DNA of 64,000 nt from Macrostomum lignano (GCA_002269645.1 NIVC01000385.1:310001-374000); one strand, 5' to 3'. Positions 42,701-55,088 are shown, numbered from the stretch's first letter. The notes: generated from the sequence alone by a model not told the origin. Program-made: numbers and translations.

Positions 42701-45700
42701 GAAGAGCTCTGCTATCCTCGCACCTGTCCAATTAACTATGCAGCTCATATGCATCTGCTAGTATTGGACGAGGCTAAACTAGACGATCAGATTGAATTGG
42801 CCACCGATGCCAGCTCGCCAGAGGCTGAAGCACTGACTGAGGCGGGGGCTTCAGCAGAGTCTGAGACTCCTCTATCTGACTGTGCGCATTGCGACTGGCG
42901 AGCCAGATACCTCCGTATTGAAGCGCAGTTAAAGCGAACTGCCGAACAGAAATCCTACCTAGAGGAGGTGAGTTCAGTAGATAAAAACCAGACAGTAAGT
43001 TTGAAACATCGCCTACTAATAAGTAACAAGTAAAGTACGAGTATTTAAAAATACACACAAATCTCTTATATTTGTCCATATTCCATAACTAACCATAATA
43101 GGTCAGTGAAAAATAGTAAGTGCTGATAAATACACTAAAAACCGGGAGGGAGGGTAAGACCCGTTGACAAAAAGTGATGAAGACTCAAATGCCGATGGTT
43201 GCGACAAGCTGATGACAAAGAGTGATAAAGACTCAACAAAGCGGTGGATAAGACCAGCTGACAAAGAGTGATGAAGACTCAACAAAGCGGTGGATAAGAC
43301 CAGCTGACAAAGAGTGATGAAGAGTCAACAAAGCGGTGGATAAGACCAGCTGACAAAGAGTGATAAAGACTTAACAAAGCGGTGGATAAGACCAGCTGAC
43401 AAAGAGTGATGAAGACTCAACAAAGCGGTGGATAAGACCGGCTGACAAAGAGTGATGAAGAGTCAACAAACCGGTGGATAAGACCGGCTGACAAAGAGTG
43501 ATGAAGAGTCAACAAACCGGTGGATAAGACCGGCTGACAAAAAGTGATGAAGAGTCAACAAAGCGTTGGATAAGACCGGCTGACAAAGAGTGATAAAGAG
43601 TCAACAAAGCGGTGGATAAGACCGGCTGACAAAGAGTGATAAAGAGTCAACAAAGCGGTGGATAAGACCGGCTGACAAAGAGTGATGAAGACTCAACAAA
43701 GCGGTGGATAAGACCAGCTGACAAAGAGTGATGAAGACTCAACAAAGCGGTGGATAAGACCGGCTGACAAAGAGTGATGATGAGTCAACAAAGCGGTGGA
43801 TAAGACCGGCTGACAAAGAGTGATGAAGAGTCAAAAAAGCGGTGGATAAGACCAGCTGACCAACTGATTATACGTTATCTATTACACCAGCTTAGAGCAC
43901 ATTTTTTATATGATTATTAAGATAAGTATTTTGACATTGATTTGCAGCTCTGAGCCTATTTTGAATTTCTTGTAGCTAAACAAGCGATTAATTGAAGAGC
44001 GCGAAGCTGCGACTACAGCTCGGCAAACTGCCAATACTGAACACGCGAACGAGATTAAACAGTACGAAAATATAGTGCTGGAATTGCAGGTGCAACTCAC
44101 TTTGCTACAGGAGCAGTACAATAGACAATTGACTGCCAGTGCTAATAGCGGTGCTGCTGCTACAGTGCATGCCGGTGATGGAGTCACTAGGCCTAGACTG
44201 CCCCAGCTTCATAGACAGGACTCTGAACCGCTGTGAGTTTTCATTTTTTCTATATATTAATTTAAAATGACTTCTATAAATCGAATTTTAGTTAACAAAA
44301 AACAACTCTTCTTTATTTGGTTTGCAGACATGGAAATTATACAATAGAGTAAAATGACGTCGTTAAGTTAGCATGGAATCCCAAATTTGGAATAATGACG
44401 TCATTTCGTTAACATGGAATCCTAAATTAGGAACAATGACGTCATTTCATTAGCATAAATTCCAAATTAGGAGTAATGACGTCATTTCGTTAGCATAGAA
44501 TCCCAAATTAGGAATAATGACGTCATTTCATTAGCATAAATTCCCAAATTAGGAATAATGACGTTATTTTGTTAGTATAAAATCCCAAATTAGGAATAAT
44601 GACGTCATTTCATTAGCATAAATTCCCAAATTAGGAATAATGGCGTCATTTTGTTAGTATGAAATCCCAAATTAGGAATAATGACGTCATTTCGTTAGCA
44701 TGGGATGGAATCCCAAATTAGAAATGATGACGTCATTTTGTTAGCATTGAATCTCAAATAAGGATGTATCTCAAATATTAGTTAAGAATGACGTCATTTC
44801 ACCAAAAAGTGTTTCACACCGGAGACAAACATCTAACCTGCGATCCTGTGCTCACTTTTATTCTCAGGCAGCGAGTCTCAGTCAACGATGATGCCTACGA
44901 AATCGAGGCCCAGGAGTTCGACGAGGACACCGTAGCCTACAGGGCGCCATCGCCAGACTGTCAATCAGAATCAGCTAGCGAGGCATTCGGCTACACTGGT
45001 AAATATAAAAAATTATTTCGATGGATTACTGTTGAAAAAGTAAAGCGTCTACTCTTGTTTCAGTAGTTTTGTCTGCGCTGTGTCACTTAAATTATTTGTG
45101 ATGGCTATAATTAATATTCCTTTTTTGGGAGCTCGCGGCCTCAGGAGCATAGGAGGTTAAGAATGAACAACAAGCATTTGAACAACAAATGAAAACAAGA
45201 CTGACAAAACTCAGGCCCAATCTAGGTCAGCCAATCAGAGAGCAGTACGGAGAGAGTTCAAATTCAGACAAACGAAACTCAGTCCAGGGGCAGGCCCAAT
45301 GTGGCTCAGCCAATGAGAGAGCAGTACGGAGAGAGTTCAAATTCAAACAAACGAAACTCAGTCCAGGGGCAGGCCCAATGTGGCTCAGCCAATGAGAGAG
45401 CAGTACGGAGAGAGTTCAAATTCAAACAAACGAAACTCAGTCCAGGGGCAGGCCCAATGTGGCTCAGCCAATGAGAGAGCAGTACGGAGAGAGTTCAAAT
45501 TCAAACAAACGAAACTCAGTCCAGGGGCAGGCCCAATGTGGCTCAGCCAATGAGAGAGCAGTACGGAGAGAGTTCAAATTCAAACAAACGAAACTCAGTC
45601 CAGGGGGCAGGCCCAATGTGGCTCAGCCAATGAGAGAGCAGTACGGAGAGAGGTCAAATTCAAACAAACGAAACTCAGTCCAGGGGGGCAGGCCCAATGT

Positions 45701-47442
45701 GGCTCAGCCAATGAGAGAACAGTACGGAGAGAGGTCAAATTCAAACAAACGAAACTTAGGGGGCAGGCCCAATCTAGCTTAGCCAATGAGAGAGCTTCGA
45801 ACTTGACTGCAGCTTGTGTTCGTACAGAAACTGAAAATATGCAAAGTATTTTTATGAAAATCTCATCTGTGGTCCCCATCCGTCTGTATGAATCTGCTAT
45901 CTTTATTTCCAGAAGATTTTCATCTCACTGTTGGAGTTCTGCACTGGAAAGGTTGCTAATTTTTTTTCGGTGTACCTTTTTACCTTTCTAATGCGACTTT
46001 ATCGAAATCATTTTATTTCAAGATTCTTTTACTATGTTGTACAGGGTTGGATATTGGATGTGAAATTCTAAATTGCATGGCACTAAATTAAAAATTATAA
46101 TGTGACCTCATACTCCGTTGCTCTAACAACACCAGCCTCTCAGATCCCCAGTTGCTGGGCCATCCGGCCTCCCAAATCCTCAGTTGCTGAGCCAGCCTCC
46201 CAAATCCTCAGTTGCTGAGCCAGCCTCCCAGATCCTCAGTTGCTGGGCCAGCCTCCCAGATCCTCAGTTGCTGGGCCAACAGCCTCCCAGATCCTCAGTT
46301 GCTGAGCCGGCCTCCTAAATCCTCAGTTGCTCTGTCAGTCTCCCAGATCCTCAGTTGCTGGGCTGTTTTCAACACTTGATATCGTCAAGCACTACCAAAT
46401 GGAATTTCAATATGCATAGCTGTATTTAAAAAAATCTTATAAATGCAAATAATCAATATACTTGTACTAAAGTTTCATACATTTCTCCAATAAAACGCAG
46501 TTGGTCATCAGCTCATTTTTTATCAGTAACCGTTTTCATCTCGAATCTTGAATGCACATTTAGAGTTGAATTTTTGTCTTTCATTCGTTAACAGAAGTCG
46601 ATCGTATTGTGCAGCAGTCTGCCAGCTCAGCCCCCACTCTCACCTCGGCTGATCAGTCAGCTCCTGCCGCCGCCGCCGCCGCCGCCGCCGTCGCCACTGC
46701 TTCCGCAGGTTCAGAAAATTCCAATCGTCGGCCAGATTCTTCGAATGACAGTTCAGATCTTGTTAAAGTGGACTCTGTTTGCGACTCGGCTGGTGAGTAG
46801 TTAATTAGCTAGTAGTATTTTCAGCACATTTGTATAGTATTAATTTACTAAGATGTAGTAATATAGTTAGAGTAGTTTAAGTAGTATACTAGCACTGTCT
46901 AGGGCCCCCTATAAATTATTATAGATAATGGCACTTTTCAATGTGAAGTCTTCAAAAAAATTCTTTGCAGAAAACATTATTACACATTTTATAACAGTTG
47001 TATTTACTCTACTAGCATATCTAAGGACGTTGGAATTGCAAAATTTGTATAAAAAATTATGGTGTTTGCGATTAATGTAGAGATACGAATGTACGAGTTA
47101 TAATTATTATACTTAACAGTTCCTCGATACTCTACTTACAATAGAAATATAAAAATGTTCCACTTATAAAAAATAGTAATCAAATTTTTAGCCTTCACTC
47201 AATTCCAACGTACTGTAACATTATCTTGCACTAACATTTGCGCAGAGATTGTGTCCAACAACTCGGACAGTGCAGTCGATCAACCATCAACTGTCATCTT
47301 AGACACAATTGATGATAGTTCTCCAAATCCAAGCGTTACCGCAGCTACTCAGCTATTGGCTGATCCATCGTACTACAGTCTGATGCCAGCTAGTAACACT
47401 GATCAGAGTGGCCAGTCTCAGTCACCCGGCGATGTAGATTAA
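39752..47442 (+). CDS. RUNDC3: RUN domain-containing protein 3-like (RPIP8/RPIP9 family), about 525 aa, 9 exons: 39752-39840, 39915-40030, 40113-40231, 40300-40385, 42583-42967, 43976-44232, 44868-44998, 46595-46792, 47246-47442
   Basis: Spliced translation RHNLVTVCRLCVKSILD...LQNLLNIIETIFFFQFKG, FRGAIRLALMNKCL, LAGLDALDLSFDL and DWRARYLRIEAQLKRTAEQKSYLEE...YENIVLELQVQL parallel the RUNDC3A/B motifs as recalled (RKNLITVCRFSVK, RAWIRVALMEK, GLSAIDFSF, QKGYLEE, VILELQEQL). All junctions are GT-AG with continuous phase. Confidence 0.9.
40478..42492 (+). ncRNA. Tandem array of 12 box H/ACA snoRNA-like units (about 150 nt plus about 18 nt spacer) in RUNDC3 intron 4; predicted double guide for 18S rRNA pseudouridines
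   Basis: Unit starts at 40478, 40650, 40822, 40987, 41159, 41324, 41489, 41663, 41835, 42000, 42165 and 42337. In copy 2: 5' hairpin CCTTCACT/AGTGAAGG, H box AGATTA (40716-40721) 15 nt from the pocket top, 3' hairpin GCAGTCT/GGATTGC, ACA (40800-40802) 14 nt from the pocket top. The pockets complement 18S AGCAUU-U-G-CCAAGA and AGAGG-U-U-CGAAGAC (rRNA sequence recalled). Confidence 0.88.
43175..43862. repeat. 46-bp tandem repeat (about 14 units) in RUNDC3 intron 5
   Basis: gctgacaaagagtgatgaagactcaacaaagcggtggataagacca. Confidence 0.95.
44355..44800. repeat. 41-bp tandem repeat with a TGACGTCA palindrome in RUNDC3 intron 6
   Basis: aatgacgtcatttcgttagcatagaatcccaaattaggaat, about 11 units. 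Confidence 0.92.
45215..45790. repeat. 79-bp tandem repeat (about 7 units) with two CCAAT motifs per unit in RUNDC3 intron 7
   Basis: ggcCCAATgtggctcagCCAATgagagagcagtacggagagagttcaaattcaaacaaacgaaactcagtccaggggca. Confidence 0.93.
46140..46365. repeat. About 26-28-bp minisatellite (cagatcctcagttgctgggccagcctcc) in RUNDC3 intron 7
   Basis: Direct inspection. Confidence 0.85.
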
Positions 47443-47562
47443 TCTTATGTAGATAATAGCGAACACCCGTTAAAAACGTTAACTTGACAATAATTGCTAA
47501 ATATTCATTGCAAACAACTCAACTAGTGACTATGGGCTTTTTAACGACTGCAATGCGACGGA

Positions 47563-48109
47563 GGGTTGCTTTCACAAACGCGAAATTTCACTACCGCTAA
47601 ATTACCTTTCACAACCACGAAACTTCACAACCGCTAAATCATCTACTTTCACAACCGCGAAACTTCACAACCGCTAAATCATCTACTTTCACAACCGCGA
47701 AACTTCACAACTGCGAAACTTCACAACTGCTAAATCACCTACTTTCACAACCGCAAAACTTCACAACTGCGAAACTTCACAAGTGCGAAACTTCACAACC
47801 GCTAAATCACCTACTTTCACAACCGCGAAACTTCACAACCGCTAAATCACCTACTTTCACAACCGCAAAACTTCACAACTGCGAAACTTCACAAGTGCGA
47901 AACTTCACAACCGCTAAAATTTTTGCACTTACTTTCATATACGGCAGTCTTTTTAGCGGTTGTGAAATTTTGCAGTTGTGAAGTTTCGCGGTTGTGAAAG
48001 TGACTGCAAAAAAATTAGCGGTTGTGCAGTTTCGCGTTTGTGAAGTTTCGCATTTATGAAAGCAAGTGCTTTTAGCAATTGTGAAATTTCGCGTTTGTGA
48101 AACCCACCC
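47563..48109. mobile_element. Foldback-type MITE, 547 bp, GGG...CCC ends, 8-bp TSD, modular internal repeats
   Basis: TSD GCGACGGA at 47555-47562 and 48110-48117. TIR ggg...tttcacaaacgcgaaatttcac versus gtgaaatttcgcgtttgtgaaa...ccc. Internal cttcacaaccgcgaaa modules are mirrored on the right arm. Confidence 0.9.
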
Positions 48110-49984
48110 GCGACGGAGAGGTGACTGTTATGTCACGAGAGCGCATCGCGCCAGTTACAGAATCGTAAGAGTCTGGAAAATTTTGTCTAAGAGTCGTTGT
48201 GTTAGAGCTTAAATTTCTACTAACTTGCGTAGACTAAACAGAGCTGTCATAAAATGCATAATGCGAGTCTCGTACTCTAGATATACGACTCTACGGCCCC
48301 AGAGTCACCTTTCGTTACCCCAGAGTCGCAGAAACTAAAACGCTTAAAATTGGCTCTTAGGCGACTTTTTGGTGACTGATTTCAGAGTCGCTTGGAGTCA
48401 CTTCTTTTCGATTTTTCCTGTGAACTGCGACGACTTTGAGACGCTTTTTGGCCTTGATACCGTTTTCATCGGGCTATCCAGAGTTGAAAATCTTATTCAA
48501 GAAAGATTAGATAGATTGTACCATAGACACAATGCAAATTCGTTCCATATGTTCTACTTTTTTCAGTTAGAAATTTGCGTAATGCCTATACCAGAAAGTG
48601 CATTAGCCAGTCCACTGAAATGTACATGGCAGCTTTAGGCTGGAATTCCGAGAAAGGCAATAAAAATTGGGACGGGGCGAGGGGGTAGTGTGGAAAGGCG
48701 CGGTTAGAGAGTTGAAGCTGGGGGAGGGGATGAAAGTGGTAACGAATAAGCCTGGGCTTTAAAAATACATTAAAATACTTCTGTTTAACTTACTACTAAA
48801 CTGAAAGTAGCTTACACACAAATATGCTGAGTGGCCCATCTAGTTACTCTCGTATATGTGCTGCCAACAGTACGGCATTCGGCCTTAAACAATAAATCTA
48901 ATCAATTTGATAGAAAGTGTCAATCAAATGGACAGGTCGTTACTCTAAGCTGCACTATAATATTATATATCGAAAATATCGAAAATTACCTGACATCTTA
49001 CTATTAGTATATAGTATTCGATGTATATTTGTATTCGACGAAAATTAACTTCTGTATGTGTTAATTGATTGTGTCTTTCCTAATTAAATAAAACAATTTT
49101 TATACTACTTATATTGTTAATGATCTCAATTTCGAAACCTTTCTAGAGTGAACATGTTTTATTTTAAATTCATATTTTGCTCAAATAGCGGCACTACTGA
49201 TTCCTTATTTTCTCAGTAAAATTCTGGTCAGTTATATTCGGTAAAATCAGAATATGTAATTATTTCAAATTGTGTTTATTATCTGCAGCATTACTATTAG
49301 TAGCACTCATTACTTTCTGGAATGTGACTTACATAAATCAATTATTTAGTGTGCCGAAAAATTGTTTTTCAATTATTAACTATCGTGTATGCATTCCTAA
49401 TCAGGCTTTTGGTTTAAATTTTCGTATTCTTGCATATTCAGTAATCCATTGTACTTAAATTCAGTATATATCATTACTAATAGTATTATATAGTCCCATA
49501 TTTGTATATTTTGGCAAACAATAAAGAATATTTTTATAGTTTTTATTTCAAATGAAATAATTTGCACTACTACTATGATACGAGTAGTATCTGCATATGA
49601 GATATTGTAATTTTTCAATTTCCAATAAATTCGAAATAGAAAAACTTTCTTACAACATCGTTGTTGGTGTTTTTTGTTTAATTTAATTTCTATCTAGGTT
49701 GATGATACCGAAATGTTTCGACACAAGTGCTTCAGTATTGCATGTGACTTGCTTAGAAAGTATGCTAAATTCCTGCTTTGATAGTTTTTTCTCCATTTCT
49801 GTTTTCTTTCTTTGCTTAACCGTGACTTTGAGAGATGTGACTAATAATCTGTGTGATTTCGACTAAACTTTGGTTTCTCTCTTTGATGTGGTTTTTTAAT
49901 ATATAATGGCAGCGCAGTTCGGCGGCAAAACCATTCTGACTCTTTCGTCACGACTCCAGCAGTTTCGATTCTGTGCGTAAACAC

Positions 49985-50420
49985 ACTAATTTGGGGCTTG
50001 TGTACTCAAAATTTCACAAGCCACGAGGCCCAACCCCGTTACAGAGTGTACATGCTAAAGGGCCGCTGTACATCCTGTGTGAGTGTGTGCCTGCGTACAG
50101 TTTTGGCGCTCAGGTGAACACGCTATGCTGAATACTGTGAGCTGATCTTGTTCAGATAGCAACAATAGGTTAGGGTCAAAGCCATTGAAATGGATGTTCT
50201 AGTAGTAACAAACTTCTATAGTTTGTTTATACTGTATTTTTGGATATCTCTACTAGTGTACAGCGGCCCTAACTTTATTTATCGTTAGGCATGTACACTT
50301 CACTGTGCCTTGGGGGTTGGCCCTCAAGCTGGACTATAATTGCACGAGCAGAGCCAAGCCGAGATTCCAATTTAGCCCCAAATTAATGTGACTGCACTTG
50401 GAATCGAGCCTGGGCCTTGG
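49985..50420. mobile_element. Two SINE family A-related fragments in opposite orientation (49985-50100 plus, 50255-50420 minus)
   Basis: Both match the SINE A body (gggccgctgtaca...gtgagtgtgtgcctgcgtac, and the reverse complement of the head-proximal half). Confidence 0.75.
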
Positions 50421-50999
50421 AATCGAGATGGATTACGGAGCAAGTAAATGTAATCCTATTCAAGGCAATCGTGACCTGCGACAATAAAGTGCATGGACTC
50501 TGCAGGGAAAAGATAGCACTGGTTTCGCCTTTAATACGAGTCCTTCTCAACGATTCTTCAAAATGTTTAATAGTATATTTCGAACGAATTGAAAAAGTAC
50601 ATTTAAACTTATCGTCTAATTAGAGAGACTTAAAATGACTAAATGTCTCACAATATAATGTAATAAGTAATTAATAATTTAATCAATTTGCTGTACTGGT
50701 ATACATTATACATGGTTTGGTTGCAAACTTGTGTGCAAGGGTTAAATTGCAATAATTTCACGATTACAGACAATTCGAGATGCTGGATTTTTTCTGTTGA
50801 TAATTAACTGAAGGTGAGGACGAGGAGATAAAGTTAATTAAGTGATCGGTAATAACAAAGAAATCATTCCTCTTAAAATAATTTCTTACACGAGGTCGAC
50901 CGCCTTCTGGTCTGATAACAATACAAACTAAAAACAGACGATTTCTTGTTGATAAAACATGAGACAACAACAGGTATAGACTATGTTCAGTACGCATCC

Positions 51000-51125
51000 G
51001 CAGTGTACATCCGCGCGCTTGTGTGCGGCCTGCTCAGGGAAGTCTGCGTAATGGGCAGCAATGCCTCTCGCCGGTTGTGTGACAAATTAATGCAGCAGGA
51101 TACACACAGCCCCCCTTGCCTAGAA
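51000..51125 (+). mobile_element. SINE family A 3' fragment
   Basis: tccgcgcgcttgt...cctgctcaggg...aatgggcag...aatgcctctcgccggttgtgtg matches 6715-6785. Confidence 0.75.
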
Positions 51126-52172
51126 GGTACTTTATACAGGTAAATGTAATCGTACAAACTATTTTCTTATATCGGACAACAAATCTGACAAGGTATACGA
51201 TCGCGTAAAAATGAATTTTTCTGTATCTGACTAGTTGACAATTAGCAAAAGAATAGAACCAATGAAAAAAGTAAAATAATTAAAAGTATTGATTTTCATA
51301 CTAAGGGTTAGGACTAGTACTGCAGCTTCGTAACGGCTAACGCGTCAATGACCCTGGATGTGATCGTTCGAGCACGTTCAACATCAGTGCGGGGGTTCGT
51401 GCATGAAAAGATACCCTTCATATCATACCCCGTGCTCGGGGCTGGGGTCAGTGAGAATCGGCACCTAAAATTGTATTTCACATTGAATTCTATCTCTCAC
51501 ATTAAATTCAATCTTTTACATTCAATTTTATCTTTCACATTATTGATCTGTGAAAGATCCGCGCATCTTTCACACGTCTGTCCATGTTTCACATTAAATT
51601 CAATGTTTCGCATTAAAACAGATCCTTCACACACGCTTGCCGGTTGCTTCACACTGGGCCAATAGAATTCTGAAGAGAAGAAAGTTGTTATAAAATGAAC
51701 TATAAAAAATGAAGAAATTGAAGCGTCCCTTAGGCTTAGGGACACTTGGTTTTCGTCAAGATAGCTTATATTTCATATATTAAAGTAACAAACTTTCTAT
51801 GCACGCAATTAATATGACAGAATCTACGAGCTACTTCTGCAAGATTATCCTTCCTTTTCAGGTCACGCGAATGAGCTGTCAGACAGCGTGAAAATGCTGG
51901 CACAATCAGCTAGTGAAAACTGATAGTCGGGGGGCCACCATATTTTCTTCTACTCGACGTCAACCAGATATAGAAATTTGATGATGATTCCTAATAACCG
52001 GAACTAGCTGCTCTGAACCGGCCTGTTGTCAATGCTATACTAAAGTTTCTCTGAGTCTGAATTCAGAAATTGCTCAGCTATATGCTAACACTAGCTTGGC
52101 TCTCTTAAGCATGCTCAGCCGGTAGGAGAACTGTGCTAGCACTCTCTCTCTCTCTCCTCTCCCTCTCTCTCC

Positions 52173-53204
52173 TCACTTCTCAGTCTGTAGGAGAACCGCA
52201 CTAGCATCCTCTCTCTCTCTCTCTCTAAGCCCAGAACTCACCGCAGCACGCCGCTTTCCAATCAGACAGACCAGGAATTCCCGCCGGAACAGAGTGGACC
52301 TGGCCAGCTGTATCCAGAAGTAGCTGCTCGAGCTCACCAGCTGAGGCAGTCGAGCCCAGTTGCTGAATTGAGCTCGGTGAGACTTGGGCATTCGATTAAT
52401 AACCAGCAGGCTTACAATGGATGCCACCTGAGAGCAAAAGACCACAACAGCCACAATCACTATGCTTACAACGCTGTCAAATAGTTCGGATTTTCTGCCG
52501 GAGTTTTCGCTGGTACTCGTATTCGAGGAGGATCCGCTAGATCTGGACATGATGCAGACCAGCCTCACAGCAGAGGCCACGCTAAACACCAGAGCCAAAC
52601 AGCTAAACGTCAGCGTCAGCGACAGATTCCAAGTGCTGAACGCGTCGCCTTGAACATCGGAGATGAAGCAGAAATCCAAGAGTAGACCGTCAGGACTGTC
52701 CAGACTCAATCCCAGAGCTATAGCGTCTCCCAGAGTGAACAGCCAAAGAGCGGCCACCAGAGCCCAGGGATAGACTCGCGACTTTCTGCTGTACCGCTGC
52801 GGAAAACTAATGGCCAACAGGCGGTCCAAGCACACCGCCAGGATGAACAACACGCTGCTGTCCAGGCCGACAGTCAGCGGAGCGACTTCAACCAGGCACT
52901 GCAACTGCGTCCTCTGCTGTCCTTCCATGGCGATAAAATCTGCCGTGCGCAACGCTGTGACGTAGAGATAAGCCGCATTCAGCACAGCGTTCGCTATGCC
53001 AACGTTAGCCAGCATGACAAAGAACGATTTCTGGCGAAGTATTCTCGACCAGCCGATGCACAGCACTAGACAGGCATTGGCTAGCAGGCCTATGATTGCC
53101 GTGACTAACTGGGCCGTGTTTGCCGTCTGGTTTAAACTGTACAACAGTTTGCTCCACGGGATTTCATCCGTAGTTCCTTCAGTTGAACTGTTGGAGGCGT
53201 CCAT
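52173..53204 (-). CDS. Intronless 7TM class A-like GPCR (343 aa), resembling Srsx-type serpentine chemoreceptors
   Basis: Seven hydrophobic segments, N-terminal NxS/T sequons, IGLLAN in TM1, LDRLLAISFP..Y after TM3, Cys in ECL1/TM3 and ECL2, and STLFRREF helix 8. Confidence 0.85.
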   Translation of the reverse strand: MDASNSSTEGTTDEIPWSKLLYSLNQTANTAQLVTAIIGLLANACLVLCIGWSRILRQKSFFVMLANVGIANAVLNAAYLYVTALRTADFIAMEGQQRTQLQCLVEVAPLTVGLDSSVLFILAVCLDRLLAISFPQRYSRKSRVYPWALVAALWLFTLGDAIALGLSLDSPDGLLLDFCFISDVQGDAFSTWNLSLTLTFSCLALVFSVASAVRLVCIMSRSSGSSSNTSTSENSGRKSELFDSVVSIVIVAVVVFCSQVASIVSLLVINRMPKSHRAQFSNWARLPQLVSSSSYFWIQLARSTLFRREFLVCLIGKRRAAVSSGLREREREDASAVLLQTEK

Positions 53205-53384
53205 AACCTTGTTTTCCTTTCTGAGTTTGTTTCGGCATTATTCGGTGTCACAGGTTTGATATTTATGAGGTGATTGGATTCGTTAAGTCGCTGCTCATTG
53301 GTCTGAGGGTTTTCAAGGGTACTCAAGCATGACTTACACTCGCTTTGCACAGGATTTGTTTCTTTAACAGTTTCTTGTCCGCCA

Positions 53385-54095
53385 CCCGTTATTTTCTTCC
53401 CTGAGACTTTTCTCTTCCCGTGACTTGTCCTTTCCTGAGACTTTTCCCATTCCGTGACTTGTCCTTTCTTGAGACTTTTCCCATTCCGTGACTTGTCCTT
53501 TCTTGAGACTTTTCCCATTCCGTGACTTGTCCTTTCTTGAGACTTTTCCCATTCCGTGACTTGTCCTTTCTTGAGACTTTTCCCATTCCGTGACTTGTCC
53601 TTTCTTGAGACTTTTCCCATTCCGTGACTTGTCCTTTCTTGAGACTTTTCCCATTCCGTGACTTGTCCTATTTTGAGACTTTTCCTTGCCGTAACTTTTC
53701 CCGTGACTTTTCCTTCCCGCGACTTTTCCTTCCAGTGACTTTCCTTCCAGTGACTTTTCCTTCCCGTGACTCTTCCTTGCCAGTGACTTTTTCTTCCCGT
53801 GACTTATCCTTCCAGTGACTTGTCCTTTCCTGAGACTATTTCCTTCCTGTGACTTGTCCTTTCCTGAGACTTTTTTCTTCCGGTGACTTGTCCTTCCCTG
53901 AGACTTTTCCCTTTCCGTGACTTGTCCTGTTTTGAGACTCTTCCTTGCCGTAACTTTTTTCGAGTAACTTTTCCCTCCCGTGACTTTTCCTTCCAGTGAC
54001 TTATCCTTCCCGTGACTTTTCCTTCCCGTGACTTTCCTTCCCGTGACTTATCCTTCCAGTGACTTTTCCTTCCCTGACACGTCCATCCTGACACT
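53385..54095. repeat. 34-bp minisatellite (ccattccgtgacttgtcctttcttgagacttttc) plus a degenerate extension, upstream of the GPCR
   Basis: Direct inspection. Confidence 0.92.
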
Positions 54096-54574
54096 TGCCC
54101 ATTCTGACATTTGTCCTTCTTGAGACAGAGACAAACAACTGACAGACAGAGACAAAGACAATTAATTTTTTCACAAATATATTTTTCACGAATCCGATCT
54201 CAGCGAGGGAATTAGAAATGAAAAAAAATCGAAAAGCAGCAGGATGGGATTATTTCCATCGCACTAGGCTCGCTGCTGTGGAAGTCACGCTTTCATGCGC
54301 TTCGACAAGCACGGCCAGAAAAATCCGCAGCTGAGGGATCCGGTGGCAACGCTCATAATCCTCAGGTCAAAGAAATGTTCCCCACCTGCTTGCCGCACCG
54401 ACAAAAATGCAGCGTGATGTTCAAATTGGCTTGATTTTGCGCAAAACAAGCTGCCTGACTTCTCTGGGGAGTTGCAAATGCAACAAATCATTATTTATTA
54501 TCATGTATTCTGCTTTATCTGCCCAGGCTGAGTCTTTACTCCACTGTCTCGCTTGGGTGGACATGGCTGCATGT

Positions 54575-54612
54575 AGTGTCTGTCTGTGTGTCTGTCTGTC
54601 TGCTTGCCTGTG

Positions 54613-54649
<37 letters not shown>

Positions 54650-54712
54650 GCTTGCCTGTGTGTCTGTCTGTCTGTCTGTCTGTCTGTGTGTCTGTCTGTC
54701 TGCTTGCCTGTG

Positions 54713-54771
<59 letters not shown>

Positions 54772-54796
54772 GTGTCTGTCTGTCTGCTTGCCTGTG

Positions 54797-54827
<31 letters not shown>

Positions 54828-54972
54828 ATGTGTGTCTGTCTGTCTGTCTGTCTGTCTGTGTGTCTGTCTGTGTGTCTGTCTGTATGTCTGTGTGTCTGTC
54901 TGTATGTCTGTGTGTCTGTATGTCTGTCTGTCTGTCTGTATGTCTGTGTGTCTGTCTGTCTGTCTGTCTGTG

Positions 54973-55027
<55 letters not shown>

Positions 55028-55088
55028 GTGTCTGTATGTCTGTCTGTCTGTCTGTATGTCTGTGTGTCTGTATGTCTGTCTGTCTGTG

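Noticed and set aside
40478-45790. Hammerhead ribozyme in the 170-bp or 79-bp repeats (as in schistosome Sm-alpha)
   Set aside because: No CUGANGA core paired with GAAA on either strand. The H/ACA model explains the 170-bp unit.
53132-54189. MGKVSRKDKSRNGKS repeat ORFs upstream of the GPCR
   Set aside because: Translations of a 34-bp minisatellite.
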